DNA of 63,783 nt, counting the filler, from Psammoneis japonica (Eukaryota), in the NCBI GenBank assembly GCA_008632985.1. It is 4 parts of 4 records of this genome, joined end to end, with 100 filler letters (N's around TTAATTAATTAA, not from the genome) between each part and the next. Parts side by side here need not be neighbours in the genome. Positions count along the whole stretch, not along the records: positions 1 to 17,983 come from QPGO01000474.1; positions 18,084 to 36,047 come from QPGO01000475.1; 2 more parts are not named here. One strand, given 5' to 3'. The notes beneath the pieces are model-generated. The model was given only the letters and a program-made list of their open reading frames with translations, was not told the origin of the DNA and ran no database searches. This document shows positions 13,360 to 25,060 of this stretch, in pieces (the stretch's first letter is position 1; each line of letters opens with the position of its first letter). The position numbers and the translations under genes were made by a program.

Positions 13360-15168
13360 TCACTTTTCTTTTGTCCTGTTTGCTCGATTGTGCAATACTC
13401 GTAGTTTGTCGTTGCTCGACAACACTATCCATTCTTTGCCGGGGTGTACTGCAAATGCGTGAGGCGATCCATATTTGCGAGGGAGTTTGATGGTTCCTTT
13501 CGTTGCAGTGTTAGCGTCCATAAACAACAGACGAGAATTTTCTTGAGGGCAAACGACATCCACAGCTAAGGACGTGTCCAGCAACACCCGCTTATCATGA
13601 TGAGGAAGAATGCGGACGTTCGTCTGGACTTGTCGCCAACAGATGAAATCATCCACACAATCAACAGGAGTGATATCCACTGGCAAGCTGTAAACCGTTT
13701 CTTCAGTCTCTACGACCTCTCCGTCCGCCCTTTGAAGGCGAGATTTGGGAGACGTGTGGATAACTGAAACAGTTGGCAAAGCCGTGTCCATCTGCGGATC
13801 TGACAGCTTCATGGACAAGAGCCACCCACATGCAGTCACCCACGTGACAGTAGTCGCCCATATCGGTATCGACAATTTGTCAGTCGCTTTTGATATCTTT
13901 GACTGAGAAACCGCTTGCTCAACATTAAACTTTTCAATGCCCATCCACGATCGAGGAGGTAGAGAAGCCGTCGGAAGTTCCAAACAACTGTACGTTTCCC
14001 ATTTGCCAACAACGGTGGGCGTGACTGCCGTCGAAAATGCCTTTCGAGTACAACGTTTCCAATTTAGCAACTGAATGCTTCCGTTTGCCCCGCCCAGGAG
14101 CACAAAGTTTGAAGAGAGAGGGGCAATCGCCGTAACTTTTTCGTGCGAATTGAACACCCACCTTGGTTGAGAGGCTGCGTCGACTTTCCACAGAACCAGC
14201 GCTCCACCCGAGTGCGACACTAGGAGGTGATTGTCCCTCAAAAATAGATAGCTCGATACCCCATTCGAAGGTGAAATCGACGCTGGTGCCTTCAACCCTT
14301 GCCATACGGAATGTGTCACCACGGTCGTTCCTGCTTCCGCAATCTTTGCAATGTCGTAAATACGAACCTCGGACGTCGACCTGTTTTTGAAAAGAAGACG
14401 GATAGTGAGAAGAAATGGAGTCATGGTCGATAGTTCACATTCGTAAATCGTACCGAAATGCCACTGCTAATTGATCTGGATCATGTGGATTCCAACAGAG
14501 GCAAGTTGCGGAATAGGGAGTTGAGAAAGTCCAAGAGGGAAGGACGCGACGTTGAAGTTTTTCTCCGCTTGATCTTGACTGTATCCGGCGGCTTCTCATA
14601 TCCTGTGCGACTACCACATCCCAATCATAAATCAATATCGATTTTTTCGTTGTAGCAACCGCCAACAGTGCCCCAATAGAATCCCAGGCAAGCAGGAGAC
14701 ACCGCCTACTGTCCTGGGACCCAACGATACAGTTGTGGGAACGGCCCAATTGTCGTTTGGTGTCTTGATTCTCTTCTCATATCTAATGACTGACATTGAA
14801 CGACGCATCAACTGCAATGCAATGTTCTTGGAAGTGAGACATAATATGGAGCGTCTAGCCAGCTGATTTCTGGAGTTCACGCAAGATCCCCAACCTCTGA
14901 AGAGCCGGATGTAGGAGATGGCGAAATCGACCGTAAGTTGCTTTTGGATGGCTGTTCAGGGCACTCAGACTGTGGCGCTATTGTGATAGTCTCGTCATCT
15001 TGACTTATGGTAGAAGTCTCTCTTGAAGAATAATCCGCGTCGCTGGGTACCCTCGTTTGTGTCTGTTTTTCTGCGTCTCTGTTTCTTCTCGGTCCGTGCA
15101 AAAATGGAATATACTTTATCCGCATCGTGTGATGAAGAGTCTTGACTGTCCATATCCTTTCGAAGCAT
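13360..15168 (-). CDS. WD40/beta-propeller-like protein with intron 14381-14453 and several apparent frameshifts in the 5' part
   Basis: WD-like segments AWDSIGALLAVATTKKSILIYDW, LCWNPHDPDQLAVAFR/STSEVRIYD, GALVLWKV, GSIQLLNW, FAVHPGKEWIVL. The GT-AG intron is phase-consistent. The reading frame jumps near 14690 and further upstream, so the start is uncertain. Confidence 0.6.
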
Positions 15169-16485
15169 CAGAAGAAATCGAACAATGAGGACTCTCTTCC
15201 AGAACGTGCGTGCTGTTTTGTTTTTGTTTTCGATGTGTCTGGATTTGCATTGAAGAAAATCGGGGGGGGGGGCGGCACGCCAAAAAATGGCGCGGTCCAC
15301 GAGCTCAAAAATGAAGTAAACAGCCAACAGAGCTCGCAGCCAACACCATGGCATATTGCATAGGCAGGATGGAACTGGAACGCTGTCACGCAATGACGGT
15401 GATTCCTCGTCTTTGCATATGCCGTTGCCCAGCAAAGGCTGGCACATTATTTGGTGATTATGTGGTTGTCTATGTGGCTCGTTTTGTACGGCCGTCTAAC
15501 GTGCGGGTTAATTCTTTATTCGCCCGTGGTCTAATGAGTGTGCGACGATTGATCATCGATGGCGCAACAGCAATAACCAAACGCTACCGGTAGTAAATTT
15601 CGATGCGGCTAAAGGAGGCGTTTATTAACGGACTGTGTGGTTGTAAATGGTGATTGAGTTCTTCAGCAATGATATTGTATGAGGACGAGACGGATTTGCT
15701 TCGACAACATTAGCTTCCTTCGTGTTCATGAGAGTCTGCGTCTTGTCATTTTTCGAGTACTCGAGATCTACGTGACACTTCACTCGGTGTAAAAGGCGGC
15801 GAATGTACTTTATGCTGGTCCATCGAATTTACAAGTCACTTGAGAAACGTGTGATACTATGTGCACGAGACACGAGATCCAACCAAAACTACCCGAGACC
15901 CGAGACTGAGTCAGGCGCTGACGAAAGGTAGACAAATCCTTGTTTGTTGTGATTCAAACCACTAGTTTTATGCCCGGTCAGTGATATACTTTGTTCCATC
16001 CGAGGATCGAGACGCTATACCCTTCTTGACTGCATCAGGTGCTCAGGGAAGGTCGTATTATAATCTGCATAAGTTTTCACAGCTCCATGTCCGTGTTGGC
16101 GCAGATGGTTGATAGCCAAGAGCAAAGGACCATTCGAATGACAAGAAGAAGGCGTGATTTCGCCCTACTGTATGCCACATTCCCGCTTTTGGTGCCAACA
16201 ATGGAAGCGAAGCCTTTCGGCGCTCAGAAGATCCGTCGATTGATCTCATTTTCCGGGATTCAAACTGTCGCTACGTGACGACACGTAGAACAGTACTGCA
16301 AACCTCTTTTTGTCCCAGAAAGCGCGGGACGCAAACCTGGCGGTGACCATGATCCCACACACGACCACTTGCAAGCGAATCTCGTGTTACTGCATTTGCC
16401 ACTCTTCTCCGTTCGGCCGACACAATCACAACCAAAGCATCAAACACAAAAGAGACTACAAAAACAACACTCAGCCAAGATTATC

Positions 16486-17983
16486 ATGTCGATGCTTACC
16501 CTTTTCTCGGCCCTCAATGCCACTCAGCATGCTGGATTTTGCGGATTCCCTTTGGATTTTATCTCGAGTGGCAATCCGTTTGAAGAACCTCGCGAAATCT
16601 GCAACGCCGCTGCTCAGAGCGACTCTGCTTGTAAGACGTCGACTTTCTTTGGTGCTTACCGGTGCAGATGGGAAAACGGTAAATGCACGTCTGATGCCGA
16701 CGAGACCGGCGAGGATCCAACGTGTCCTTCTATTTTCATCGAGGAAGATTGCGAGGTGGAGACGTGGTTTGGTTCACGATCGTGCAAGTGGTACGAGCTT
16801 ACCGCTGCTCCAAGTCAAGCGCCTTCGATGGCTCCGTCGATCTCTCCCGAATTCTGCGGATATCCACTGGACTTCCTAGGAGAGGACGAGGATCCTTTCA
16901 TTGAGCCTCGTCAGTACTGCAACAGCCTTGCTGGCTCCGAGAGTGATTGTGGAGCTTCCTTATTCTTTGGTGAATATCAATGTCGCTGGGAAGACCGTCG
17001 TTGCACTTCTGACGCCGATCAAACGGGCGAGGACGAGACGTGTCCTTCCATCAGGAACCCTACGAAATGCCGTGCGGCGACATGGTCGGGAGCTCGCTCC
17101 TGTGTTTGGTACGCCCCACACCCTCACCGACTCAAGAGCCTTCGTCAGCTCCATCGGCATCTCCGGAGTTCTGTGGATTTCCACTGGATGTCCTTAATGA
17201 CGAGGATCCGTTTCTCGAGCCACGGGAGTACTGCAACGGTTTCGCCAAGTCGGAGAGTGACTGTGATGCAACCGAGTTCTTTGGTGAATATCAGTGCCGG
17301 TGGGAAGATCGCCGTTGCACGTCGGACGCGGATGAAACGGGCGAGGATGAGACTTGTCCTTCCATCAGGAACCCTACGAAGTGCCGCAATGCCACGTGGT
17401 CGGGAACTCGCTCCTGTGTTTGGTACTCGCCCACGCCGTCGCCTACTCAAGAGCCTTCGTCAGCTCCATCGGCCTCTCCGGAATTCTGTGGATTTCCTCT
17501 GGACATCCTCGAGGAAAACGAGGATCCGTTTCAAGAGCCACGGGAGTACTGCAACAGTTTCGCCAAGTCGGAGAGTGACTGTGACGCAACCGAATTCTTT
17601 GGCGAATATCAGTGCCGGTGGGAAGATCGTCGTTGCACATCCGACGCGGATGAAACGGGCGAAGATGAGACTTGTCCTTCTATTAGGAACCCTACGAAGT
17701 GCCGTAATGCTACGTGGTCGGGAACTCGCTCCTGTGTTTGGTACTCGCCCACGCGGTCACCAACTCAAGAGCCTTCGTCAGCTCCATCGGCGTCTCAAGA
17801 GTTCTGCGGATTTCCTCTGGACATCCTCGAGGAAGACGAGGATCCGTTCCTCGAGCCTCGGCGTTACTGTAACAGTCTTGCCATGTCAGAGAGTGACTGC
17901 GGTGCAACTGACTTCTTTGGTGAATATCAGTGTCGCTGGGAAGATCGTCGTTGCACGTCGACGCCGATCAAACTGGTGAGGAC
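16486..17983 (+). CDS. Probable extracellular/cell-wall protein with at least 5 tandem ~105-aa 8-Cys acidic domains joined by P/S/T linkers; truncated by gap, -1 frameshift at ~17114
   Basis: Repeat starts (FCG) at 16537, 16852, 17169, 17484 and 17802 (spacing 315, 317, 315, 318 nt). Unit FCGFPLD..EPREYCN..SESDC..FFGEYQCRWEDRRCTSDAD..ETCPSIRNPTKC..TWSG.RSCVWY plus PTPSPTQEPSSAPSASPE. The start codon is uncertain. Confidence 0.75.
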
Positions 17984-18083
17984 NNNNNNNNNNNNNNNNN
18001 NNNNNNNNNNNNNNNNNNNNNNNNNNNTTAATTAATTAANNNNNNNNNNNNNNNNNNNNNNNNNNNNNNNNNNNNNNNNNNNN
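17984..18083. other. Artificial 100-nt contig linker N44-TTAATTAATTAA-N44 (also 36048-36147 and 53830-53929)
   Basis: The identical six-frame-stop spacer is embedded in N runs three times. Plain N gaps occur at 44437-44729, 48186-48760 and 62213-62773. Confidence 0.95.
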
Positions 18084-20269
18084 AAAGTCGTTGAGGACCA
18101 TGACTGGAAAATTGGAGAAAATCCCGAACTGGTCAAGTTCATTTGCTCCATCAACAATGACGAACACAAGGAAGTCCTGGCCTGCAACGACATCATGCAC
18201 CACATTGAGCAAGAAGACGAGGACACTGCCCTCTGGAAGTTCCAATGCATTGTGTCGCACAAAGGACCATTGCAACCCCATGATCCCTCTTGGAAAGGCT
18301 CAAGCCACAACGTCATGCTTGAATGGGAGAATGGGGAGATCACGTCTGAACCCCTTGCCATCATTGCCAAGGACAATCCTGTCACCTGCGCCATTCATGC
18401 ACGTGAGCATGGCCTCCTTGAAGCTGAAGGATGGAGGCATTTTTGCGAGACAGCCCTGCATCAGAAGAAGCCATTCCACATGGCCAACCAAGCCAAGTTG
18501 TGCTCCTTTCACACTGCGCCATGATGCAAGCACAGGCATGAAGTGCCACGGGACTGCAAGCATGCTTTGGCCCTCAATGAGCACAACGGCAACCGCAAGT
18601 GGGGAGATGCAACAGACCTTGAGATGACTCAGCTTGATGAGCACAAGGTCTTCCACGACTGCGGACATTGCAAAGATTCCAGCGCCCCGTTGGGACACAA
18701 GAAGATCTGGGTGCATCTTGTCTGCAATGTCAAACACTGCAAATGGCACAAAGCAAGGCTTGTTGCCGATTGACACCTCACAGACATGCCCATTGACAGT
18801 GTTTGTTCTGGAGTGGTGTCTCTTTGCGGCCTGCAAATGACGATCTTCCCAGCCAAACTCAATGAACTAGAGACTTGGGCCACCAACTTTGGGAACACCT
18901 GTCTCAAAGCTGCGACCAAGGAGAAACTGTGCATCACAGCAGGCCCCGAATTCGGCAAGCTAGAAGGACACATCCTTGTCATCCACAAGGCCTTGCACGG
19001 ACTCCGCAGCTCTGGCCTCAGATGGCATGAATGCTTTGCTGATTGCCTGCATGCCAAAGGCTTCTTCCCGTAAAAAGCTGAGCCCGACATCTGGCTGCGC
19101 AGGAATGGTGACCACTGCAAATGTGTGGCAGCACATGTGGACGACCCAGCCTTTGCCATGAAGGACCCCCAGGCTTTCACAGACACCCTCATGGAGAAAT
19201 GCAAGTTCAAGCTCAAAGGCACTGGACCATTGGAGCTCCATCTTGGTTGCAATTTCACCCGTGATCCAGATGGCACCCTGTGCCTTGCTCCCCGCAAGTG
19301 CATTGAGCACATGGTTGACAACTGCGTGTGCCTCCATGGGGAGAAGCCCTGCACTGATGTGCTTTCACCCCTTGACAAGGGAGACCACCCTGAGCTTGAC
19401 ACTTCCGAATTGCTCAAACCGGGTGGCATCCACCAACTTCAATCCTCAATTGGTTCCCTGCAATGGGCCGCACCCCTTGGTCACATTGACGTTGCTGCGG
19501 CTGTCATGTCTCTGTCTGGCTTCTGTGCAGTGCCCTGCCAGGGCCACCTGGACCGTGCCACACGTGTCTGCAGATTCCTCTCCAAGATGCGTCATGGTGC
19601 CCTCCAAGTGCACACTGAGAAGTCTGACTGTTCAGACCTTCCCAAGCCCATGCATGACTGGGCCCAGTCTGTGCATGGGGAGGCAGAAGAGCTGCTCCAC
19701 AAGATGCGCCTGAGCCACTTGGCAAGTTCGTCACCACAGCACACTGCATTGATGCAAACTTGTTTCATTGCATGCTTGCTGGATGCTCTGTCACCAGCAT
19801 CCTCCATTTCCTCAACAAGTTTCCGGCTGATTGGTTCTCTGAGAAACAAGCTGCAGTTGAGACTGCCACGTGTGGATCTGAGTTTGTCGCCACAAGGACG
19901 TGCGTTGAGCAGATTGTTGACCTGCGCATGACTTTGCGTTGCCTTGGCATCCCACTTGTGAAACATGTTGCATGTTTGGGGACAACAAGTCAGCTGTGGG
20001 CAGTGCCACCATCCGCCGCACTCCAAGTCACACAAGCAACACACCGCCCTCTTGTTCCATCGTGTGTGTGAGGCAATTGCCTCCGGTTTCCTTGAGTTTC
20101 ATTTCGTCAAAGGGTCTTGCAACCCAGCTGACATCCTCAGCAAGCATTGGGGTTGCTCCCAAGTCTGGAATCTCCTTTGTCCTCCAATGTTTTGGAACTT
20201 TGATCCCAAGGCTTTCAACCAATCTGACTTTGAATCCATTGCTGTTGACCCCTCAAGCAAACTGGGGAG
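18084..20269 (+). mobile_element. Decayed Ty1/copia (CoDi-like) pol: RT and RNase H
   Basis: WKFQCIVSHKGP...NVMLEWENGEITSEPL, KARLVAD, DSVCSGVVSL, AGPEFGKLEGHILVIHKALHGLRSSG, AAHVDD (=YVDD), SSIGSLQWA, WFSEKQAAVETATCGSEFVA, NPADILSKHWG. Stops and frameshifts are present. Confidence 0.92.
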
Positions 20270-20514
20270 TGACAGGATTTGAACAAGATTTTTGTTTGTC
20301 GCGCACAATTGTGTGTGCTCTTGGTTCCGCGCGTGTCACGCAATGTGGTTTGCTTTCAAGCCACATGGCTCACAAGAACAATGACAGCAGTGCCAAGATC
20401 ATGACACCAGTCTTTGAGCTCCTGCAACGGTCTCTGCATGGAGACTCATCTGCCATTTAGACAGCAGCAAGGAGTCATTGTTTTCTTCCACCCAGTCATC
20501 TTCAATTTCTGTCA
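20270..20514 (+). mobile_element. Putative 3' LTR (245 bp) of the copia element
   Basis: Follows a purine tract GGGGAG. Begins TGACAGGATTTGAA and ends TTCAATTTCTGTCA (TG...CA with a near-perfect 14-bp terminal inverted repeat). Confidence 0.65.
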
Positions 20515-21235
20515 CCAGGAAAACAGCCAGCTCTTTTAAGAAAAGCAACTTGTTTCAAGGAAAACAGCCAGTTCTTTCAAGGAAAACAACCAGTTGTCTT
20601 TGTTGATGTCAAGAAAGCCAGCCAGTTGCTTCAAGGAAAACAACCAGTTGTTTTTGTTGATGTCAAGGAAAACAGCCAGTTGCTTCAAGGAAAACAACAA
20701 GCTGCTTCAAGGAAAACAACTGGCTGTTTTTGTTGATGTCAAGAAAACTGACCAGTTGTTTCAAGGAAAATGACCTGCTGCACTTTGTTGATGTCAAGAA
20801 AAACAACTGGCTGTTTCAAGGAAAACAGCCAGTTCTTTCAAGAAAAACAACCAGCTCTTTCAAGGAAAACAACCAGCTGTTTTTGTTGATGTCAAGAAAT
20901 GCAGCCAGCTGTTTCAAGGAAAACAACCAGCTTCTTTTGTTGATGCCAAGGAAAACAACGAGTTGCCTTTGTTGATGTCAAGGAAAATGCACAGTTGTTT
21001 CATGGAAAACAGCAAGTTGCTTTTGTCAATGTCAAAAAAACCAGCCAGTTGTTTCAAGGAAAATGACCAGCTGATTTTGTTGATGCCAAAGAAAACAACA
21101 AGTTGCCTTTGTTGGTGTCAAGGAAAATGTGCAGTTGTTTCAAAAAAGAAAACAGCAAGTTGCTTTTGTCAATGTCAAGAAAACCAGCCAGTTGTTTCAA
21201 GGAAAACAACCAGCTGGTTTTGTTGCTGTCAAGGA
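20515..21235 (+). repeat. Degenerate minisatellite, 22-bp unit TTTCAAGGAAAACAACCAGTTG interspersed with a longer unit containing TTTGTTGATG
   Basis: Directly visible tandem units that share the TTTCAAGGAAAACA core with the 23-bp satellite. Confidence 0.85.
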
Positions 21236-21239
21236 CAGC

Positions 21240-21520
21240 TGTGGTTTTGACACTTGCACAGCATCCTCTCATGCTGATGCTCCAGAGGAGCAGGTGTCAG
21301 ATGCCTTTGCCTGGCGCCATCTCAAGAAGCCATCTGCATGGCCTGAATGGCACATGGGCAAGTTCAAGCAACTGGGCCAGTTCTGTGAATTGGACGTGTT
21401 TGCTGCCCCCATCAAGTTTCCCATGGGTGTCATTGTGCTTTGCCCACATTGGCAGCATGGCCTCAAGCATGATGGTGCAAGGCATTCCTGTCAATGTTTT
21501 TGTGGCTCCCTGTGCACAGT
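21240..21520 (+). mobile_element. Copia RT N-terminal fragment (second lineage)
   Basis: WRHLKKPSAWPEWHMGKFKQLGQF...VIVLCPHWQHGLKHDGARHSCQCFCGS resembles the copia RT start (W...E.KQL.QF...LRPHWQY..K.DG.RR.R.CCDGS). Confidence 0.6.
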
Positions 21521-23699
21521 GACCACACGATGTGGGCGCAAGCCCAGTGCTTGCTGACTGAGAACATGCACTCCAGAGAGGGGGCCAACGTCATTTGCCA
21601 TGAAAGTGATGTGTGGATGAAGAGAGGCACCCTCTGAGGCAGCCCCCAATGCTGGAAAGTGCCAAACAGCAAGCCACACTTCTGCTTGTGTGACAAATGC
21701 ATTCCAGAGAGGGGGCCAACATCAGTCACTGCAAAAGTGATGCAGACAATCAGAGGCAGCATTTGAGGCAGTTCAAGATGCTGGAAAGTGCAAACAGCAA
21801 GCATCACAGTGTGAACAAACCAAGCCAAGTTTGTTCCAGCGTCATTCTTGAATTGGTTGACGATGGACACAGACTCAAGAGGGACTCACTGCAGCACTGG
21901 AGCAACAACACTGGGCAACATTAACTTGAGCTTGGCATGAAAGTTCAAGAAGAGGGCATTTGTTGGGTGACAGACAACCCACCACTGGAGAATTCCTCCT
22001 GCATGGCTCTCAGCAACTCATCTGTCATGCTGATTGGGACGCCCTTGGAGCAACACAAATTCAACATGAGGACCATGGATGTTGTTTCGCTGTTGCAAAC
22101 TTTGGGAACCACAAGGTCCTTGTCTGCGGAGAGGTGTCCAACTTGATTGAGAACGGCAAAAGGGCCAGATTCAGCAACCGTGGTGGCAAAAACCTTGGTG
22201 TTGGAAACAAATTCTTTGTGGTCAGGAAACTGTCATTCTGAAACATCATTGGTGTGGGGAAGAACAGAGTTGTTGTGGGGACCACGCTGCTCTGGCACAG
22301 ATGAAAATGCACAATTGGATCGCAACGGCCGGGGATTGAGTCATGTGCAACCTTGTGGAGTTGGCCCGGCATTGGAGTCAGGCCCTGTGGCAAGAAATTC
22401 AATGGGAGGAGAGCCAAGGGCAGAAGAGGCAGCAACGTCCACATGTTCATCCGATTCTCCCAATTGGAGCTGTTTGCCATGAAGATGAGTTCTCAGGTGG
22501 TGTTGAAGAGACCAGTTGGGAGAAAACATTTGCCACACACAGGACAATCATTGCCAACAGCAAAGGGGAGCACCATTGTTCATGTTGCAATGCAAGCAGG
22601 ATGAAACTGAGTGGGACAAACCACGTGGTAAAAATGACATGTGGCGGGTGACAAGATTGTGTTGCACGGAATCAACTTGCGTGTGAGCGTGCGAGATTGT
22701 AGCTTGGTTTAATGCACAACGTGAGTTGTCTGCACACCGGCATGTGGTGCTTGCATCAAGCAGTTGACAATGCAAGACAAATCAGACTTTCCACAGTGAT
22801 GGAAATTTTGTCATGCTGGCGTGCATCTCAGATTGTTGCCCCACCAGACAATGAAGAAAGAGGACAGTGCAACACAGGGAAGATTGTCACCAGACTGATG
22901 CGCAGTGATTGTGAGAGCACAATGAGTGTCACATCCTTGCATCCACGATCAACTTGACTCAGTTTGCTTGGTGGGTCATTGTGGATGACTGATGGATGCT
23001 GTCGTCATGTCCCCCTTTCCAGAGAGTGGGCTCTCACAGCGCAAAAGTTGGAGGATGGGCACAGATTGTGTCCTCCCATGCTCTTGACAAGAAAAAATTT
23101 GAGGCTGTTCTGTTGCATGGTCTTCACCTCTGTCACAACCAGCAGAGCCACATCAGATGCCTCAGGGTTCCACAACACATGGAGCCTGAAACTTTGCATG
23201 TTTGAAGGGTGTCATGCTTGCTGCACCCCCACACCAGACACATCCACACTGCATTGCACAGAGTGCTGGATCCTTGTGATTGCACTCTTCTGGCCCTCCT
23301 GTGGTGACGGAATCAACCAGTGTGCAAGGGATCTAGAATTCTCCCAAGCTGACAACTCCTCAGTCACAGACTGGGCACAAAGCACCTGAGCTGACACTCA
23401 AAATGGAGTGCAAAACATCAGACTGAAAAGAAAATGAGTGCAATGCACCAAACATGTTTGCCAATCTGGCGACAAATCCGAAGCATGTCGAACATGCGAT
23501 GCGTCAAGAAGAAACTTTGGGCTTCTTGTTTGAGCCTCGTCCAATGAATGTCATCAATGTGACTTGACGCTTTGGGCCTTGAAGCCCCACACGCATCTGG
23601 CACAAGTCAAATGGTCCTGCCACAAAGTGCTCAGCCAAAGGGGAAGGAGCAGACCGCAGATGGCCAAACCAGGGTGTCATTCATTGCTGAAATTTCACC

Positions 23700-25060
23700 C
23701 ACCTTCTGAGGTCTAACTGGGAAAAGCCATGGGTCTCAACCATTGGCTCAAAGCTTGCAAACATCCAGCCAGAACCTGCCATTGACCAGGGATCTTGAGC
23801 TCCAATCTGAGTGCTGCTGTGCCCACCAATGCGCGTGATGCACACCTTGAGCAGTCGCATGACAATGGCTGGACTCCAGCCAATCCACTTGTGCCACAGA
23901 GAGCAGGAGTCACTTGAGCTTGAGGATGACAGGCAACAAAAACATCTTGGTGGTCAAGTTGGATGTGGGCTTGTGCAGCTTGGCTAAAAACTGCTTGGTG
24001 CTTGGATGAACTGCGCTGGGGACCAAAGTGGGGAGAGGCACTGCATTGGTTGCAGAGCCTTCCTCATCCAAGTCACCATCTGTGTCATCAACTGTTTCCA
24101 AATGTTTGATGTGACCTTGAGAGTCTGAATCCAAAGAATCTGTTTCAACTGGAGGTTCGCCGGACCACATGCTTTGCAATGGTTCAAACACAAAGTCCTC
24201 TCCTGCATCAGCCTTGGAGCAGCCACCTCATGGAACATTTCCAAGCCACTTTTCTAAAGGAGAACCAGCAATCTTAGAATGGAAATGAAAGAAACGAGTG
24301 CCAGTGCCATCAGCTGTCATGTGAAAAATCATTGCAGATGGCAACAGCATCATTTGCACAACATTCTCCTTGTGAAACCATCTGGGATGACCCAATCCTT
24401 GAACAAAAGGCAGCTTCTGAAGCTTGCAAGAAACAGGGAAGACCTTCTCAAGCACTCTGCATTGACCCTCAGGGCAAAAAAGCAGCTTGGCAGAGATGCC
24501 TTGTGACTTGTCTGACTTGACTTGCTTGCACACACATGCTGTGTCCCCTGAGTTAAACTCGCGGCATCCTCTGCCCCAATTTTTTAGCTCAACATGCCTG
24601 TGATGCCACTTGTCATTCAACACCACATTCAACAACTCATGCTGCTTGAATGGCAATGGAGCAGTCAACTCAAAATGCTCAAGAGCATGTTGTGGCACTG
24701 AGGCTGAGCCATGGATGGGCTGGGCTCGAATGTCCAATGGAAAAGGAAACTTGTGTCCAACAGCCACCAGTGACCTTGCAATGTCAGCAGCATCAACAGG
24801 CAACATGCTCCATGCATGTGCAGCAAAAAGAACACCAAGCTTCCAGAGTGTTGACGACTCTCTCTGTTTTGTTGAGAAACTGGTTGAAACTCTCGTTGCA
24901 AACAGTGCAATGATTGCACCATGTTCTGTTCCTCACTGCACTCCAATTCAAGCCAATCCTTTTTGGATCAGCGTGCCAGCACTTTTGCCACTGTTGCAGA
25001 TGCCGCCAAATCTCCAGCCGGATCTGAACCAAAAATGCTGCTGTTTCTGAGCAAAAAATT
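23700..25060 (-). mobile_element. Decayed Ty3/gypsy integrase and C-terminal region
   Basis: ESFNQFLNKTER, AAHAWSMLPVDAADIARSLVAVGHKFPFPLD, REFNSGD...KQVKSD...SAKLLF..EGQCRVLEK...SCKLQKLPF (GPY-type motif with Tyr->Cys). Confidence 0.65.

Noticed and set aside
18028..18039. TTAATTAATTAA motif, three times
   Set aside because: It is centred in exactly 100-nt N blocks, so it is an artificial scaffolding linker. Adjacency across these joins is not guaranteed.
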